From positions 1 to 60,173 of IMG/VR virus record IMGVR_UViG_3300027769_001255: a stretch of 60,173 bases of DNA; one strand, given 5' to 3'. This stretch comes from a virus. Taxonomy: Duplodnaviria > Caudoviricetes. The translations under genes and the position numbers were made by a program. The notes beneath the pieces are model-generated. The model ran no database searches and had not been told where the DNA came from. It saw only the letters and a program-made list of their open reading frames with translations. Below, piece after piece: positions 1 through 9,470 of this stretch (positions are counted from its first letter, which is position 1; every line of letters begins with the position of its first letter).

Positions 1-514
1 CAAGCCAGGATTCAATGAACACGAGGAAAAGGGTGTTAGTGCGTTTGAAACTATCACGCACGAGAGTTTCCCAGGCAAGTGGAAGGTGATCTATTACTAT
101 CCCAAGGCCTTTACATTTGTTTGCCCAACTGAGATCGTGGCCTTTGACCGATTGGCCAAGGACTTTGCTGATCGTGATTGTGTGCTGTTGGGCGGATCAA
201 CTGACAACGAGCATGCACAACTGGCATGGCGTCGTGCACACAAGGATCTAGATCGACTGGGTCACTATGCGTTTGGTGACACCTTGGGCCAGTTCCAGGG
301 CAACTTGATTGATCAGTTGGGTGTGCGAGATGAAAAGGAAGGCGTGGCTCTTCGTGCCACATTTATTGTTGACCCAGACAATGTGATCCAGCATGTGAGT
401 GTTAACAACCTTAACGTAGGACGTAATCCAGAAGAAATCCTGCGCATCCTTGATGGTCTCCAGACTGACGAACTTTGCCCTTGCAATCGCGGGGTAGGCG
501 GAGCCACTCTATGA
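1..514 (+). CDS. ahpC: Peroxiredoxin AhpC (5' end outside window)
   Basis: FTFVCPTE peroxidatic motif, GRN motif, C-terminal LCPC; frame is open back to window start. Confidence 0.95.
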   Translation, partial: KPGFNEHEEKGVSAFETITHESFPGKWKVIYYYPKAFTFVCPTEIVAFDRLAKDFADRDCVLLGGSTDNEHAQLAWRRAHKDLDRLGHYAFGDTLGQFQGNLIDQLGVRDEKEGVALRATFIVDPDNVIQHVSVNNLNVGRNPEEILRILDGLQTDELCPCNRGVGGATL

Positions 515-1020
515 GTTGGGTTGATCACTACAAGGACTTGATCCCAGATTGGGCCAAGGATATCAGGCTCAATCTTGATGCAGTGATCAATCGTAGCAGT
601 CTGGATGCAGTTGATGCACAAGCAGTGGCTCTGGCTGCTGCCTTTGCTACCAAGAACACTGCATTGACTGCCGCGATACGTGCAGACTTTGCTGATGAAC
701 CAGAACATGCGGCTGCTCTCACAGCGGCATCATTGATGGGCATGAACAATGTTTGGTATCCCTATGTGGAAATGGCCTCCGACGATGACCTAAAAACACA
801 GCGTCCAGAACTGCGCATGAACGCCTATGCCACATTTGGTGGTGTGAGCCGTGAAAAGTTTGAGATGTATGCATTGGCCGCAAGCATTGTGGGCAAATGT
901 CATTTCTGCATTGGTAGCCATTACAAGCTACTCAAGGAGCATGGTATCACAGTGACACAACTGCGTGATATTGGTCGTATTGCCGCTGTTGTTTCGGCAG
1001 TGTCTCAGGTCACAGCTTGA
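511..1020 (+). CDS. ahpD: Alkylhydroperoxidase AhpD
   Basis: AKDIRLNL N-terminus, CHFC (CxxC)-H motif, ATGA overlap with ahpC. Confidence 0.92.
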   Translation: MSWVDHYKDLIPDWAKDIRLNLDAVINRSSLDAVDAQAVALAAAFATKNTALTAAIRADFADEPEHAAALTAASLMGMNNVWYPYVEMASDDDLKTQRPELRMNAYATFGGVSREKFEMYALAASIVGKCHFCIGSHYKLLKEHGITVTQLRDIGRIAAVVSAVSQVTA

Positions 1021-1035
1021 TCAAATAGTAACCAA

Positions 1036-1064
1036 AGAAAAGGGTCTCCGGACCCTTTTCTCTT
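1036..1064 (+). terminator. Intrinsic terminator
   Basis: AGAAAAGGGTC-TCCG-GACCCTTTTCT hairpin right after ahpD. Confidence 0.8.
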
Positions 1065-1104
1065 AGGATTAAATACAAGCATAATTTTGAAATCGAGCAA
1101 TTAA

Positions 1105-2295
1105 ATGACCGCAGAAAATAATTTTTGTCAATTTCCATGGACCTGGCTCTCGGTCAACCTCGAGAGCGACCTTTGGCGCTGGTGCTGTAAGGTTCCCTTC
1201 ACACCAGGTTTCCAAGAGCATTACCCCATCACAAAACGTCTAACAGAAGTCAAAGAACTGTTGATGGAGAATCGTAAACCAACTGCATGCAAAGCATGCT
1301 GGGATGATGAGGATAGAGGCTCCACTAGCTATCGTAAAGCCAACAACGGCACAGATGCGTCTGTGTTGGGCCTGCGATATATAGATATCGTACTCAGCAC
1401 CACATGCAATATGAAATGTGCCACATGCGGTCCAGGATTCAGCAGTCAGTGGCAAGGCATACTACAGATAAATGAAAAGCCAAAAGAATTTCACTGGCTC
1501 AATAGTGATCAAAGAAAAGCAGTAGTTTCTGAAGAGAAGCGTCAGTTGGCATTGACAAAGTTGCTTGACACAATCAAACGTCACGCAAAAACAATTGAAC
1601 GTATACATGTATATGGTGGTGAACCCAGTGTTGATCCAACCTTTGTTACATTTGTTGACCAATTGCTAGAAATTGAATTTGCAAACAAGCCAGCCATCAG
1701 GATTACCAGCAATGGTAATTTCACCGATCGTTATGGTGAAAAATTCATGGAGCAGTTGGATAGGCTTAGAGATGCAGGCTGGAGTATTGACATACGGCTA
1801 AGTGTTGATGCGGTGGGGGAGGCAGCTGAATTTATTCGCGGCGGGCTTAAATGGTCAGTGTTTGAAAAGAACATTCAGCTGTTGCACGAACGTGGATACT
1901 GCCATGAAATCAACGTAACTGTTAGTACATTAAGCTATGCATCTCTACCAGCCATTCCTGCTTGGTTAGAAAGCATTGGATTGTTGGATTCAATCATCCC
2001 TACATTCAATTTGGCAGTCACGCCTGGATGGACCAGCCCTGGAGTCTTAGGTCACTTGGCCAGCGATCTTGCGCCCAACTGGGGCAAATATAAAACACAT
2101 TTTCAATGGCATGAATTTGTGATAAAGGTAGAGAATCTAACAAGGAAACAGATGAATCAGGAACCAGTTTTGAATTCACTCAAAACCATGAATACCTTTT
2201 TGACTTGGTACTCTGATGTCACTCGTAAAACTGTTCCTGCTGAGGTAGCACAAGTACGATATCTAAGCGATCTGGCTACAAGGCACTACGGATAA
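1105..2295 (+). CDS. Radical SAM protein with N-terminal Cys-rich (twitch-like) domain
   Basis: CNMKCATC (CxxxCxxC), YGGEP, TSNG; N-terminal C..CC..CxxC. Confidence 0.85.
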   Translation: MTAENNFCQFPWTWLSVNLESDLWRWCCKVPFTPGFQEHYPITKRLTEVKELLMENRKPTACKACWDDEDRGSTSYRKANNGTDASVLGLRYIDIVLSTTCNMKCATCGPGFSSQWQGILQINEKPKEFHWLNSDQRKAVVSEEKRQLALTKLLDTIKRHAKTIERIHVYGGEPSVDPTFVTFVDQLLEIEFANKPAIRITSNGNFTDRYGEKFMEQLDRLRDAGWSIDIRLSVDAVGEAAEFIRGGLKWSVFEKNIQLLHERGYCHEINVTVSTLSYASLPAIPAWLESIGLLDSIIPTFNLAVTPGWTSPGVLGHLASDLAPNWGKYKTHFQWHEFVIKVENLTRKQMNQEPVLNSLKTMNTFLTWYSDVTRKTVPAEVAQVRYLSDLATRHYG

Positions 2296-2862
2296 TTTAG
2301 ACAGCACAATATCTGCGGCAGCACGGTCCTGTAGTATTTCATAATGATTACAGTCGATCTTGATGATGTCCATGTATTCAATCAAGGCCAACTGACTTGA
2401 CACAGTGACCACACCGTCATTGTGTCCTGGTAGATAAGGCACACGCCCGCTTGATGTAACCACAGCAGTCCAGTTTGATGGTTTAGTATTCTGTATGATA
2501 TGTTGAGCTTCCGTTATGGGATTGCTTGCAGTGCCTGTATCCCTGAATAGTCTTGTGAACGGATGCACGAACATCAACATGTCGCTCAGTTCACTGCCAC
2601 CATATGGTGTACTAAGACTCACTGCTCCTTTGAACCTGCTGCCTAGAAAAGAACTCAAGTGGATCGAATAGATACCGCCCAGGCTGTGCGACACAATAAA
2701 CCAATCGCCTTGCGTTACTTGATCTTGCATGCGCTTTAGATTGTTGAAGAATCCGTCGCTACTGCTGTAGTCGGCAAATTCGGAATCATGCGATATCAAG
2801 TTTGAGAGGAAGGTAAAGCTCTGGGGAGAAGCATTTGCCCCATGGATGTAAAAGATCTTCAT
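2263..2862 (-). CDS. Alpha/beta hydrolase
   Basis: YIHGAN, SHSLGG nucleophile elbow, STPYGG, NDGVV, NH. Confidence 0.85.
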   Translation of the reverse strand: MKIFYIHGANASPQSFTFLSNLISHDSEFADYSSSDGFFNNLKRMQDQVTQGDWFIVSHSLGGIYSIHLSSFLGSRFKGAVSLSTPYGGSELSDMLMFVHPFTRLFRDTGTASNPITEAQHIIQNTKPSNWTAVVTSSGRVPYLPGHNDGVVTVSSQLALIEYMDIIKIDCNHYEILQDRAAADIVLSKLSVVPCSQIA

Positions 2863-2870
2863 GTCACCTC

Positions 2871-3035
2871 TCAGTGCAACAAGAGGCCAATTATATAGCC
2901 CAAGCTAAAACTGATGATAGTGATTGATATCACGTCCAGTATGTTGAATATGCGTCGTCTGTACGGACTAAGCAGTTCTTTAAGGGGACATGATGTAGCA
3001 TGTTGATCTATGTGGTGACCGATATAGTTGCCCAT
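2871..3035 (-). CDS. Small membrane protein (54 aa, not in ORF track)
   Basis: MGNYIGHH...IISFSLGYIIGLLLH*; TAAATA 4 nt upstream; its 3' end is followed by the RBS (GAGGT) of the hydrolase. Confidence 0.55.
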   Translation of the reverse strand: MGNYIGHHIDQHATSCPLKELLSPYRRRIFNILDVISITIISFSLGYIIGLLLH

Positions 3036-3088
3036 GAGTTATTTAAGCAGTTAACTCTAGGCCGTAAACGACGTACATAAATATGTTG

Positions 3089-3727
3089 ATGACAAAATAT
3101 CTTCTAATTGACAAATACACTTCTGTGTTGTTGGGTGTTGATCAAAACGCTCAGATACCAAACTTTTTGGCACAGGGCTTAGATAAAACCAAAGTGCTTA
3201 GGATGGATCGCGCCCACCCTCTTTATTCTCAAATCAACAAAACCATGATGGCAGGAAAAATATTGACAGTGAGTCCAAGACTCACTGTCAAAGACGAATC
3301 CACAACTTTATTTCCAGAAGAAACAGTAACAACGATAAATTACGTAAAATTACGCGAACCCATCATGTCTGGTCTTTTCAATCTAGTGGCAAGATGGATT
3401 TCTCACTCAACTGAGTTGATTTTTCCAGGCATGGAAAGCATAGTTGAAATTGAACTGCGAGACTGTGACCATAGCAACAATGAGTACACTGCAAACATAC
3501 ATTTCCATGCTGAAATGATGGGCATGACTGCGTCAGAAGCATACGAACAGCTCAATGCAATAGCCGCACGTGGTCAAAAGAAACGCATGCAAGGCATGAG
3601 TTTTATCTACAAGTATTCCAAGATGATAAACAATGTTGTCACTCATAGTGATGCTGAACGCATCAATGCACTGATGTATCAGGAATGGGACGCATTTACA
3701 GAAAAATTTACAAAGGAGATGTCATGA
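3089..3727 (+). CDS. Hypothetical protein
   Basis: Long ORF, TAAATA-N5-ATG start, overlaps next gene. Confidence 0.7.
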   Translation: MTKYLLIDKYTSVLLGVDQNAQIPNFLAQGLDKTKVLRMDRAHPLYSQINKTMMAGKILTVSPRLTVKDESTTLFPEETVTTINYVKLREPIMSGLFNLVARWISHSTELIFPGMESIVEIELRDCDHSNNEYTANIHFHAEMMGMTASEAYEQLNAIAARGQKKRMQGMSFIYKYSKMINNVVTHSDAERINALMYQEWDAFTEKFTKEMS

Positions 3728-4524
3728 GTCAGAAAATATTAATCATGGGTTTACCTGGAGCAGGAAAGACTTTCCTGGCCAAGGAACTCAAAGCACAAAT
3801 TGAAGCACGTGGCCGCCGGGTTGAGTGGTTCAATGCCGACGAGATACGTACCAAGTACAACGACTGGGATTTCAGTCCCGAAGGTCGTATGCGTCAAGCC
3901 AACCGCATGCGTACACTGGCCGAAGAGTGCACAGCAGACTATGTGATCTGTGACTTTGTGGCACCAACAGAACAGATGCGCAGTGCTTATCACGCAGACT
4001 GGACCATATGGGTTGACACCATTGACAAGGGTCGATTTGAAGACACCAACAAGATGTTTGTTCCGCCCACAGTGTATGACTTCCGCATCACTGAACAAAA
4101 ATGCGAAGTCTGGGCAGAGTTTGTAGCAGATCATATTGTGATGAACAAGCGACGCTCTGTGTTTGACTGGAAGAAAGAAACAGTACAGATGTTGGGTCGC
4201 TGGCAACCTTGGCATCCGGGTCATCGTGCCTTGTTTGAAAGACTGTTGCAACGCACAGGACAAGTGATCATTCAGATTCGAGATGTACAGGGTTGGCAGG
4301 GTAGCAATCCATTTGCTGTGGATCAGGTTAAAGGGTATATCACACGTGACCTAGATCCTCTTTATCAAGGCATGTATGAAATACAAGTAGTACCTAACAT
4401 TGTACACATTGGTTGGGGCCGCGGTGTAGGTTACACATCAGGTGAAGAAACATTTGATGAAAGCATCACACAGATCAGTGCCACCAACATCCGTGCTGAA
4501 ATGAAGGCCAAAGGCGAACTGTGA
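3724..4524 (+). CDS. Adenylylsulfate-kinase-like domain fused to HIGH-type nucleotidyltransferase domain
   Basis: GLPGAGKT P-loop, NADEIR, DFVAP; C-terminal LGRWQPWHPGH and SAT motif. Confidence 0.8.
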   Translation: MSQKILIMGLPGAGKTFLAKELKAQIEARGRRVEWFNADEIRTKYNDWDFSPEGRMRQANRMRTLAEECTADYVICDFVAPTEQMRSAYHADWTIWVDTIDKGRFEDTNKMFVPPTVYDFRITEQKCEVWAEFVADHIVMNKRRSVFDWKKETVQMLGRWQPWHPGHRALFERLLQRTGQVIIQIRDVQGWQGSNPFAVDQVKGYITRDLDPLYQGMYEIQVVPNIVHIGWGRGVGYTSGEETFDESITQISATNIRAEMKAKGEL

Positions 4525-4724
4525 GCGATACCAACCGCAGGAGTCTTGCCAAGGCAATCAGCTGGAGAGCAACAGGAACTCTAGATACCTTTTTAATCAG
4601 TTGGTTGATCACAGGCGAACTTGCGCTGGCTGGCGGTATTGCACTAACAGAAGTTGTTACCAAAATATTCTTGTTCTGGGCACATGAGCGTGTTTGGAAC
4701 AAGATAAAATGGGGAAGAACTTGA
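4521..4724 (+). CDS. DUF2061-like small membrane protein
   Basis: RSLAKAISWR...HERVWNKI pattern. Confidence 0.8.
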   Translation: MSDTNRRSLAKAISWRATGTLDTFLISWLITGELALAGGIALTEVVTKIFLFWAHERVWNKIKWGRT

Positions 4725-4749
4725 CATAACAATAGCTTTTTGCTATTAT
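4721..4749 (+). promoter_or_regulatory. Sigma70-type promoter for the tRNA-like RNA
   Basis: TTGACA-17nt-TATTAT with extended TG. Confidence 0.75.
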
Positions 4750-4791
4750 GTCATAATTAAATTACCGGCCGAGAAGGCCGGTAATGCTTTA

Positions 4792-4882
4792 GGAAGTGTG
4801 GCAGAGTGGTTTAATGCTCTTGTAACACACAAGTGAGCCACGTTTAATGGGTTCCGTGGGTTCGAATCCCACCGCTTCCGCC
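4792..4882 (+). tRNA. tRNA-Ser-like RNA with non-canonical 5-nt anticodon loop
   Basis: GGAAGTG/CGCTTCC acceptor stem, G73, D-loop GG, long variable arm, GTGGG-TTCGAAT-CCCAC T-arm; anticodon arm CTTGT-AACAC-ACAAG. Confidence 0.8.
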
Positions 4883-4941
4883 GGCGACCAGCTCCGGGAT
4901 TCCGAGAGGAATACGGTAAATAATTGATGGGAACTAACACA

Positions 4942-5301
4942 ATGAATAAGTCTTATTGGGGTTATCATCTTATCCTGGATTGCGCTGACGGAAGGCGCGA
5001 TGCGGTGACTGATGGTAAACATATCGCAGAATTCGCCAAGACACTAGTCAAGGATATTGATATGGTTGCTTACGGCGACCCACAGGTGGTGTTGTTTGGA
5101 ACAGGCAACAAGGAAGGCTATACGCTTGTCCAGTTGATTGAAACCAGCAACATTTGCGGACATTTTTGTAGCGAAAGCGGAGACCTTTATTTGGACGTCT
5201 TCAGCTGTAAGCCATACGATAAGGAAGTTGTAAAGAAGTTGGCTTACGAGTATTTTGGATTCACAAGCATGCGCGAAACCTACTTGGTTCGCCAGGCTTG
5301 A
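4942..5301 (+). CDS. speD: S-adenosylmethionine decarboxylase proenzyme (phage type)
   Basis: GYHLILD, LIETSNICGH cleavage region, YLDVFSCK. Confidence 0.85.
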   Translation: MNKSYWGYHLILDCADGRRDAVTDGKHIAEFAKTLVKDIDMVAYGDPQVVLFGTGNKEGYTLVQLIETSNICGHFCSESGDLYLDVFSCKPYDKEVVKKLAYEYFGFTSMRETYLVRQA

Positions 5302-5315
5302 AATAAACTATGGAT

Positions 5316-5346
5316 ACGGGGGTACCTTAAAAATACCCCCGTTTCT
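5316..5346 (+). terminator. Terminator-like hairpin
   Basis: ACGGGGGTA...TACCCCCGT followed by TTCT. Confidence 0.6.
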
Positions 5347-5362
5347 GTGGATGCAATACCAG

Positions 5363-5391
5363 TTGACAACAACACACAGACCTTGTATAAT
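5363..5391 (+). promoter_or_regulatory. Sigma70 promoter
   Basis: TTGACA-17nt-TATAAT. Confidence 0.8.
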
Positions 5392-5421
5392 ACAGAGACT
5401 GACACAGTAACATCGTAAGGA

Positions 5422-5673
5422 ATGCAAATGACAAAGACAGAACTAACCGAAATGTTGCGCAAGCAAGATGCAACGGTTACCTTCACCAAGAAGGATGGCA
5501 CTCAGCGTGTGATGCGCTGTACGCTACGCCCTGATGCATTACCCGAGATGATCACAGAGTCAACACGGACCAGTACTGAACGACGCGAGTCAGACAGTAC
5601 GATCGCGGTGTGGGATCTTGACCTCGGAGCCTGGCGTAGTTTCCGGCTCGATAGCTTGGTTGAAATCGCCTAA
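5422..5673 (+). CDS. WYL/SH3-like small phage protein (DUF2693-like)
   Basis: VTFTKKDGTQRVMRCT...VWDLDLGAWRSFR. Confidence 0.75.
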   Translation: MQMTKTELTEMLRKQDATVTFTKKDGTQRVMRCTLRPDALPEMITESTRTSTERRESDSTIAVWDLDLGAWRSFRLDSLVEIA

Positions 5674-5781
5674 CAACGTCGTGATCACTAGCTTCCCGAT
5701 ATTGGAGAAGCCTGCGTGAATCAAAGTGGACAGGTACACGGTCCACAAAGAGAAACGTAGCTAACCGAGAGGAGAATCGAA

Positions 5782-6450
5782 ATGATCGAACGTCTTAAAG
5801 GCACGTTCACTATGAACCTAGTTGGCTGGCTTTGCCTGCCTGCTTTGATTCTTAGTTTCATTCTATCAATACCGCCAGTGGCTGTGCTAACTGCCCTGGC
5901 CAATCAGACCGACATTCAAGGGTCTATACGAGAGACAATTCACAGAGATTTGTCTATGATTGCGTTACCTGAGTCTGCCAGTGTAGCACCTGCACGAAGA
6001 GATCCATTTGATATTGCCGAGTCATACAGCCGATGGTTGCCGGAACGCATGTTGCGCGATCGTCAAGTTATTTGCTTGGCCAAAAATATCTGGTATGAAA
6101 GCCGAGGTGAACCTTCAGATGGCCAATTGGCAGTGGGTTTAGTCACATTGAATCGTGCGGAACATACGTCCTGGCCTAAAACCATATGCGAAGTAGTTTA
6201 TCAGCCTGGACAATTCAGCTGGACAGCAGAACCGAGCTTACGTAATAAAAAGCCAACGGGCGAGCAATGGGAACAGATTGTGTTGCTCAGCGCCACCTTG
6301 ATGCATCGTAAGGATCTCTTTGATGACATCACAGATGGTGCTACTTACTTCCATGCGGCTTACATAAAGCCAGGTTGGAGCAAACTACAGCATCACACGG
6401 TGAGACTAGGTCAGCACGTTTTTTATAAACCAAAAGAACAACAAAACTAG
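5782..6450 (+). CDS. SleB-like cell wall hydrolase (Hydrolase_2) with N-terminal TM anchor
   Basis: CLAKNIWYESRGE, VTLNR, CEVVYQPGQFSW, GATYFH, GQHVFY. Confidence 0.9.
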   Translation: MIERLKGTFTMNLVGWLCLPALILSFILSIPPVAVLTALANQTDIQGSIRETIHRDLSMIALPESASVAPARRDPFDIAESYSRWLPERMLRDRQVICLAKNIWYESRGEPSDGQLAVGLVTLNRAEHTSWPKTICEVVYQPGQFSWTAEPSLRNKKPTGEQWEQIVLLSATLMHRKDLFDDITDGATYFHAAYIKPGWSKLQHHTVRLGQHVFYKPKEQQN

Positions 6451-6465
6451 GTAAATATACTCACT

Positions 6466-7806
6466 ATGGCATATCTCGTACTATTCATTGCACTTGCACT
6501 ATCAGCTGTTGCCGCATGGTATTCGGTTGCCGGCCTCATGGTGCTTTTTGCGGCAGCTAGTCTGCCAGTTGCCATCATGGCATCCACGCTAGAAGTGGCC
6601 AAACTGGTCACAGCATCTTGGTTGTACAATAACTGGAGAAGGGTGCCCTTTATTCTGAAAGGGTATCTCAGTTTTGCTGTGTTTGTTCTTATGTTCGTAA
6701 CTAGCTTGGGCATTTTTGGCTTTCTCAGCAAGGCGCACCTGGACCAGGCCATGCCTGCAGGTGACATAGCGACCAAGATAGAGATCATCGACGAGAAGAT
6801 CAAAGCACAACAGGCCAATATTGATTCAGCAAAAACTGTGTTAAGGCAAATGGACGATGCTGTTAACCAGGCGTTAGGAAGAGGTGTTGGCAACATTGCA
6901 TCCAATGCCACTGCCGCTCAGCAACAGGCCGCGCAGGCCGCGGCCGAGCGTAATACTAATCAGGCCGCAAACTTGCGCAGAACCCAGGCCAAAGAACGAG
7001 ATGTACAGCAGGGTATTATCAACAAGTCACAAGAAACAATTCAAAAGCTTCGTGAAGAACGTGCACCTGTTGCGGCACAGATGCGTACACTTGAAGCCGA
7101 GGTTGGGCCAATCAAATACGTAGCTGAAATGATTTGGGGAGGAGATGCCAAGAGCCATTTTGATTCTGCTGTGCGTTTTCTGATCATCACCCTTATCTTT
7201 GTGTTTGATCCGCTGGCTGTGCTGTTAGTTATAGCAGCCAACATGAATATGAGATGGAATAAGGAAGAAAAAGAAGCACTCAAGTCTTTTCCGCCAGCAG
7301 TAAATGACCAAATAACTGATTCTGTCACGCAGAAGCCAGACGTTGTTAACCCACAGATCACTGACGCAGTAACACAGATCAATTTGGGCCAAATTGATGT
7401 TGAGTCAAATCTTGAGACTGTGGTAGCCAAAGCCGAGGCAAAGGAGACGGCAGCGGAAACTGATCCTCTCCCTTTCGTCCAAAGGCCAGCAGAGCCTCCA
7501 AAAGAGATGATCTGGCCCAAAGCAAAGATTCATAGTGTAAAATCCAAAATAGACATTGAACTGGGCAAGAAGAGCAAGACCGAGGTTGACAAACAAGTAG
7601 ATAAATCTATAATAGAAACAATAGATGGTTTACCCGAGGACGATTTGAAAGAAGTTTTATCCAAAGCCGACGACGAAACACTACAACAAGTATATGCTCG
7701 TATAGTAGAAGAGAACCGTGTTGATGATCCATTTAGCCGACGTCAAAACTCAGGTGGCCCTCCGGGATTTGTTGCGCCACCGCGTGATATAACTAAAAAA
7801 GGTTAA
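6466..7806 (+). CDS. Multi-TM coiled-coil phage membrane protein
   Basis: Three N-terminal TM helices, long coiled coil, EVGPIKY, IFVFDPLAV TM. Confidence 0.75.
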   Translation: MAYLVLFIALALSAVAAWYSVAGLMVLFAAASLPVAIMASTLEVAKLVTASWLYNNWRRVPFILKGYLSFAVFVLMFVTSLGIFGFLSKAHLDQAMPAGDIATKIEIIDEKIKAQQANIDSAKTVLRQMDDAVNQALGRGVGNIASNATAAQQQAAQAAAERNTNQAANLRRTQAKERDVQQGIINKSQETIQKLREERAPVAAQMRTLEAEVGPIKYVAEMIWGGDAKSHFDSAVRFLIITLIFVFDPLAVLLVIAANMNMRWNKEEKEALKSFPPAVNDQITDSVTQKPDVVNPQITDAVTQINLGQIDVESNLETVVAKAEAKETAAETDPLPFVQRPAEPPKEMIWPKAKIHSVKSKIDIELGKKSKTEVDKQVDKSIIETIDGLPEDDLKEVLSKADDETLQQVYARIVEENRVDDPFSRRQNSGGPPGFVAPPRDITKKG

Positions 7807-7812
7807 TGGTCA

Positions 7813-8232
7813 ATGTCTGATACATCAGCACTTTATGTAACACCTCCTACGGTGTATATGCCTAGCACAGGATTAAGATTCAGTTTGATCAGCACAGACG
7901 AAGACTGGATCAAAGAAACCAGTGACGCACTAGAAAAAAGTTTTCATACCAAATTGACTTTTTATCATATCGAATCACCAGAAACGCCAGAGGATATAAC
8001 TTGGCAACTTTTATACATTCCATATTCAGACTTTGTGCTGTTGGATACCAACAGTCTAACAGTAGCGCAAAGCATGATTGGTTCTGCTCATGTAGAACAG
8101 AGCAATGTTTGGTGGCATGTTACTGATGATACCGAAGAAACACTGCAATCTCTTCTCACTGCTATTGCCGCTCGAACCTACGACGATATAGACACATTTC
8201 TCGAATCAATCAAGGAAAGAAATAATGGTTGA
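7813..8232 (+). CDS. Hypothetical protein
   Basis: ORF packed between neighbours. Confidence 0.7.
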   Translation: MSDTSALYVTPPTVYMPSTGLRFSLISTDEDWIKETSDALEKSFHTKLTFYHIESPETPEDITWQLLYIPYSDFVLLDTNSLTVAQSMIGSAHVEQSNVWWHVTDDTEETLQSLLTAIAARTYDDIDTFLESIKERNNG

Positions 8233-9469
8233 CACCAAGAAGGGACTAGTATGCAGTTTCTGTGCAAAGCCCAGAGACGAAGTTAAAAAACTAGTGGCAG
8301 GTGATTCGGCATTCATATGCGACGAGTGTATCACACTGTGTCATGACATCATCAAAGACGTTCCAAAAAATCAAGAAGGTTTAATAGACAAGACACCAGA
8401 AGCCATCAAGGCTTTCTTGGACAGATATGTCATTGGGCAAGACTATGCAAAGAAAGTACTTGCTGTAGGCGTGTATAATCATTTCAAGCGCATCTCTGGA
8501 ACAGCTGACACTGAAATAGACAAAAGCAATATTCTCATGCTCGGGCCAACTGGATCAGGCAAGACCTTGTTGGCCAAAACTGTGGCCAGACTGCTCGATG
8601 TTCCTTTTGCTGTGGCAGATGCGACTAGCCTTACAGAATCAGGTTATGTCGGTGACGACGTGGAAAGCGTGATACATCGACTGATTGTTGCCGCTGAAGG
8701 CGATGTCAAGAAAGCAGAGCGTGGTATCATATACCTTGATGAGTTTGACAAGAAAGCTCGCAAGGGTGGTGAGAATACCAGCATCACACGCGATGTAAGT
8801 GGCGAAGGTGTACAGCAAGCATTACTCAAGATCATTGAAGGAACTGAATGTAAGGTTCCTCCTGCTGGCGGTCGCAAGCATCCAGGGCAAGACATGCTCA
8901 CAGTGAACACCACCAATATCTTGTTCATCCTTGGCGGTGCGTTTGTTGGGCTCGATGAGATCGTAACCAAGCGCCGTGCAGGAAAAACCAGCATTGGATT
9001 TGCCGCAAGCCTTAAAAATGAATCTGATTCCCATGATTGGGAACAAGATGTACGTCCAGAAGATCTGCATTCATATGGTGTGATTCCAGAACTGGTAGGT
9101 CGCTTGCCCAACGTGGTTGGACTCAAAGCCCTGACAGAAGAGGATCTTGTACGTGCAATGAATGTACCAGAAAACTCCATTGAAAAACAAATGTGCAGTT
9201 TGTTCAGGATCGACGGAGTAGAACTAGAACTAACACAACCTGCTAGACTAGCAGTTGCCAAGGAATGTCTTGAGCGTGGTACTGGCGCCCGAGGACTTAG
9301 AAGTGTCTTGGAAAAAGCACTGCTAGAAACACAGTATCGATTGCCCACACTGGCCAAAGAAGGTGCACTGAGGATAATCGTAGATGAAGACGTAATCAAC
9401 GGTAAAAAGGAACCCATGATCATATACGGAGAGGCTCGTGTGAACAACACCCGAGGTAATGTAGCTTAA
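8225..9469 (+). CDS. clpX: ATP-dependent Clp protease ATP-binding subunit ClpX
   Basis: C4 zinc finger CSFC..CDEC, GPTGSGKT, DATSLTESGYVG, RDVSGEGVQQALLK, IGF loop, GARGLR. Confidence 0.97.
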   Translation: MVDTKKGLVCSFCAKPRDEVKKLVAGDSAFICDECITLCHDIIKDVPKNQEGLIDKTPEAIKAFLDRYVIGQDYAKKVLAVGVYNHFKRISGTADTEIDKSNILMLGPTGSGKTLLAKTVARLLDVPFAVADATSLTESGYVGDDVESVIHRLIVAAEGDVKKAERGIIYLDEFDKKARKGGENTSITRDVSGEGVQQALLKIIEGTECKVPPAGGRKHPGQDMLTVNTTNILFILGGAFVGLDEIVTKRRAGKTSIGFAASLKNESDSHDWEQDVRPEDLHSYGVIPELVGRLPNVVGLKALTEEDLVRAMNVPENSIEKQMCSLFRIDGVELELTQPARLAVAKECLERGTGARGLRSVLEKALLETQYRLPTLAKEGALRIIVDEDVINGKKEPMIIYGEARVNNTRGNVA

Positions 9470-9470
9470 T

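Noticed and set aside
4881-4920. tRNA-associated HDV-like (theta) ribozyme
   Set aside because: Could not build the nested double pseudoknot; only a simple GAGA hairpin is visible
8644-9450. 268-aa minus-strand ORF
   Set aside because: Antisense shadow of clpX; Ser/Thr/Pro-rich, no RBS or motifs
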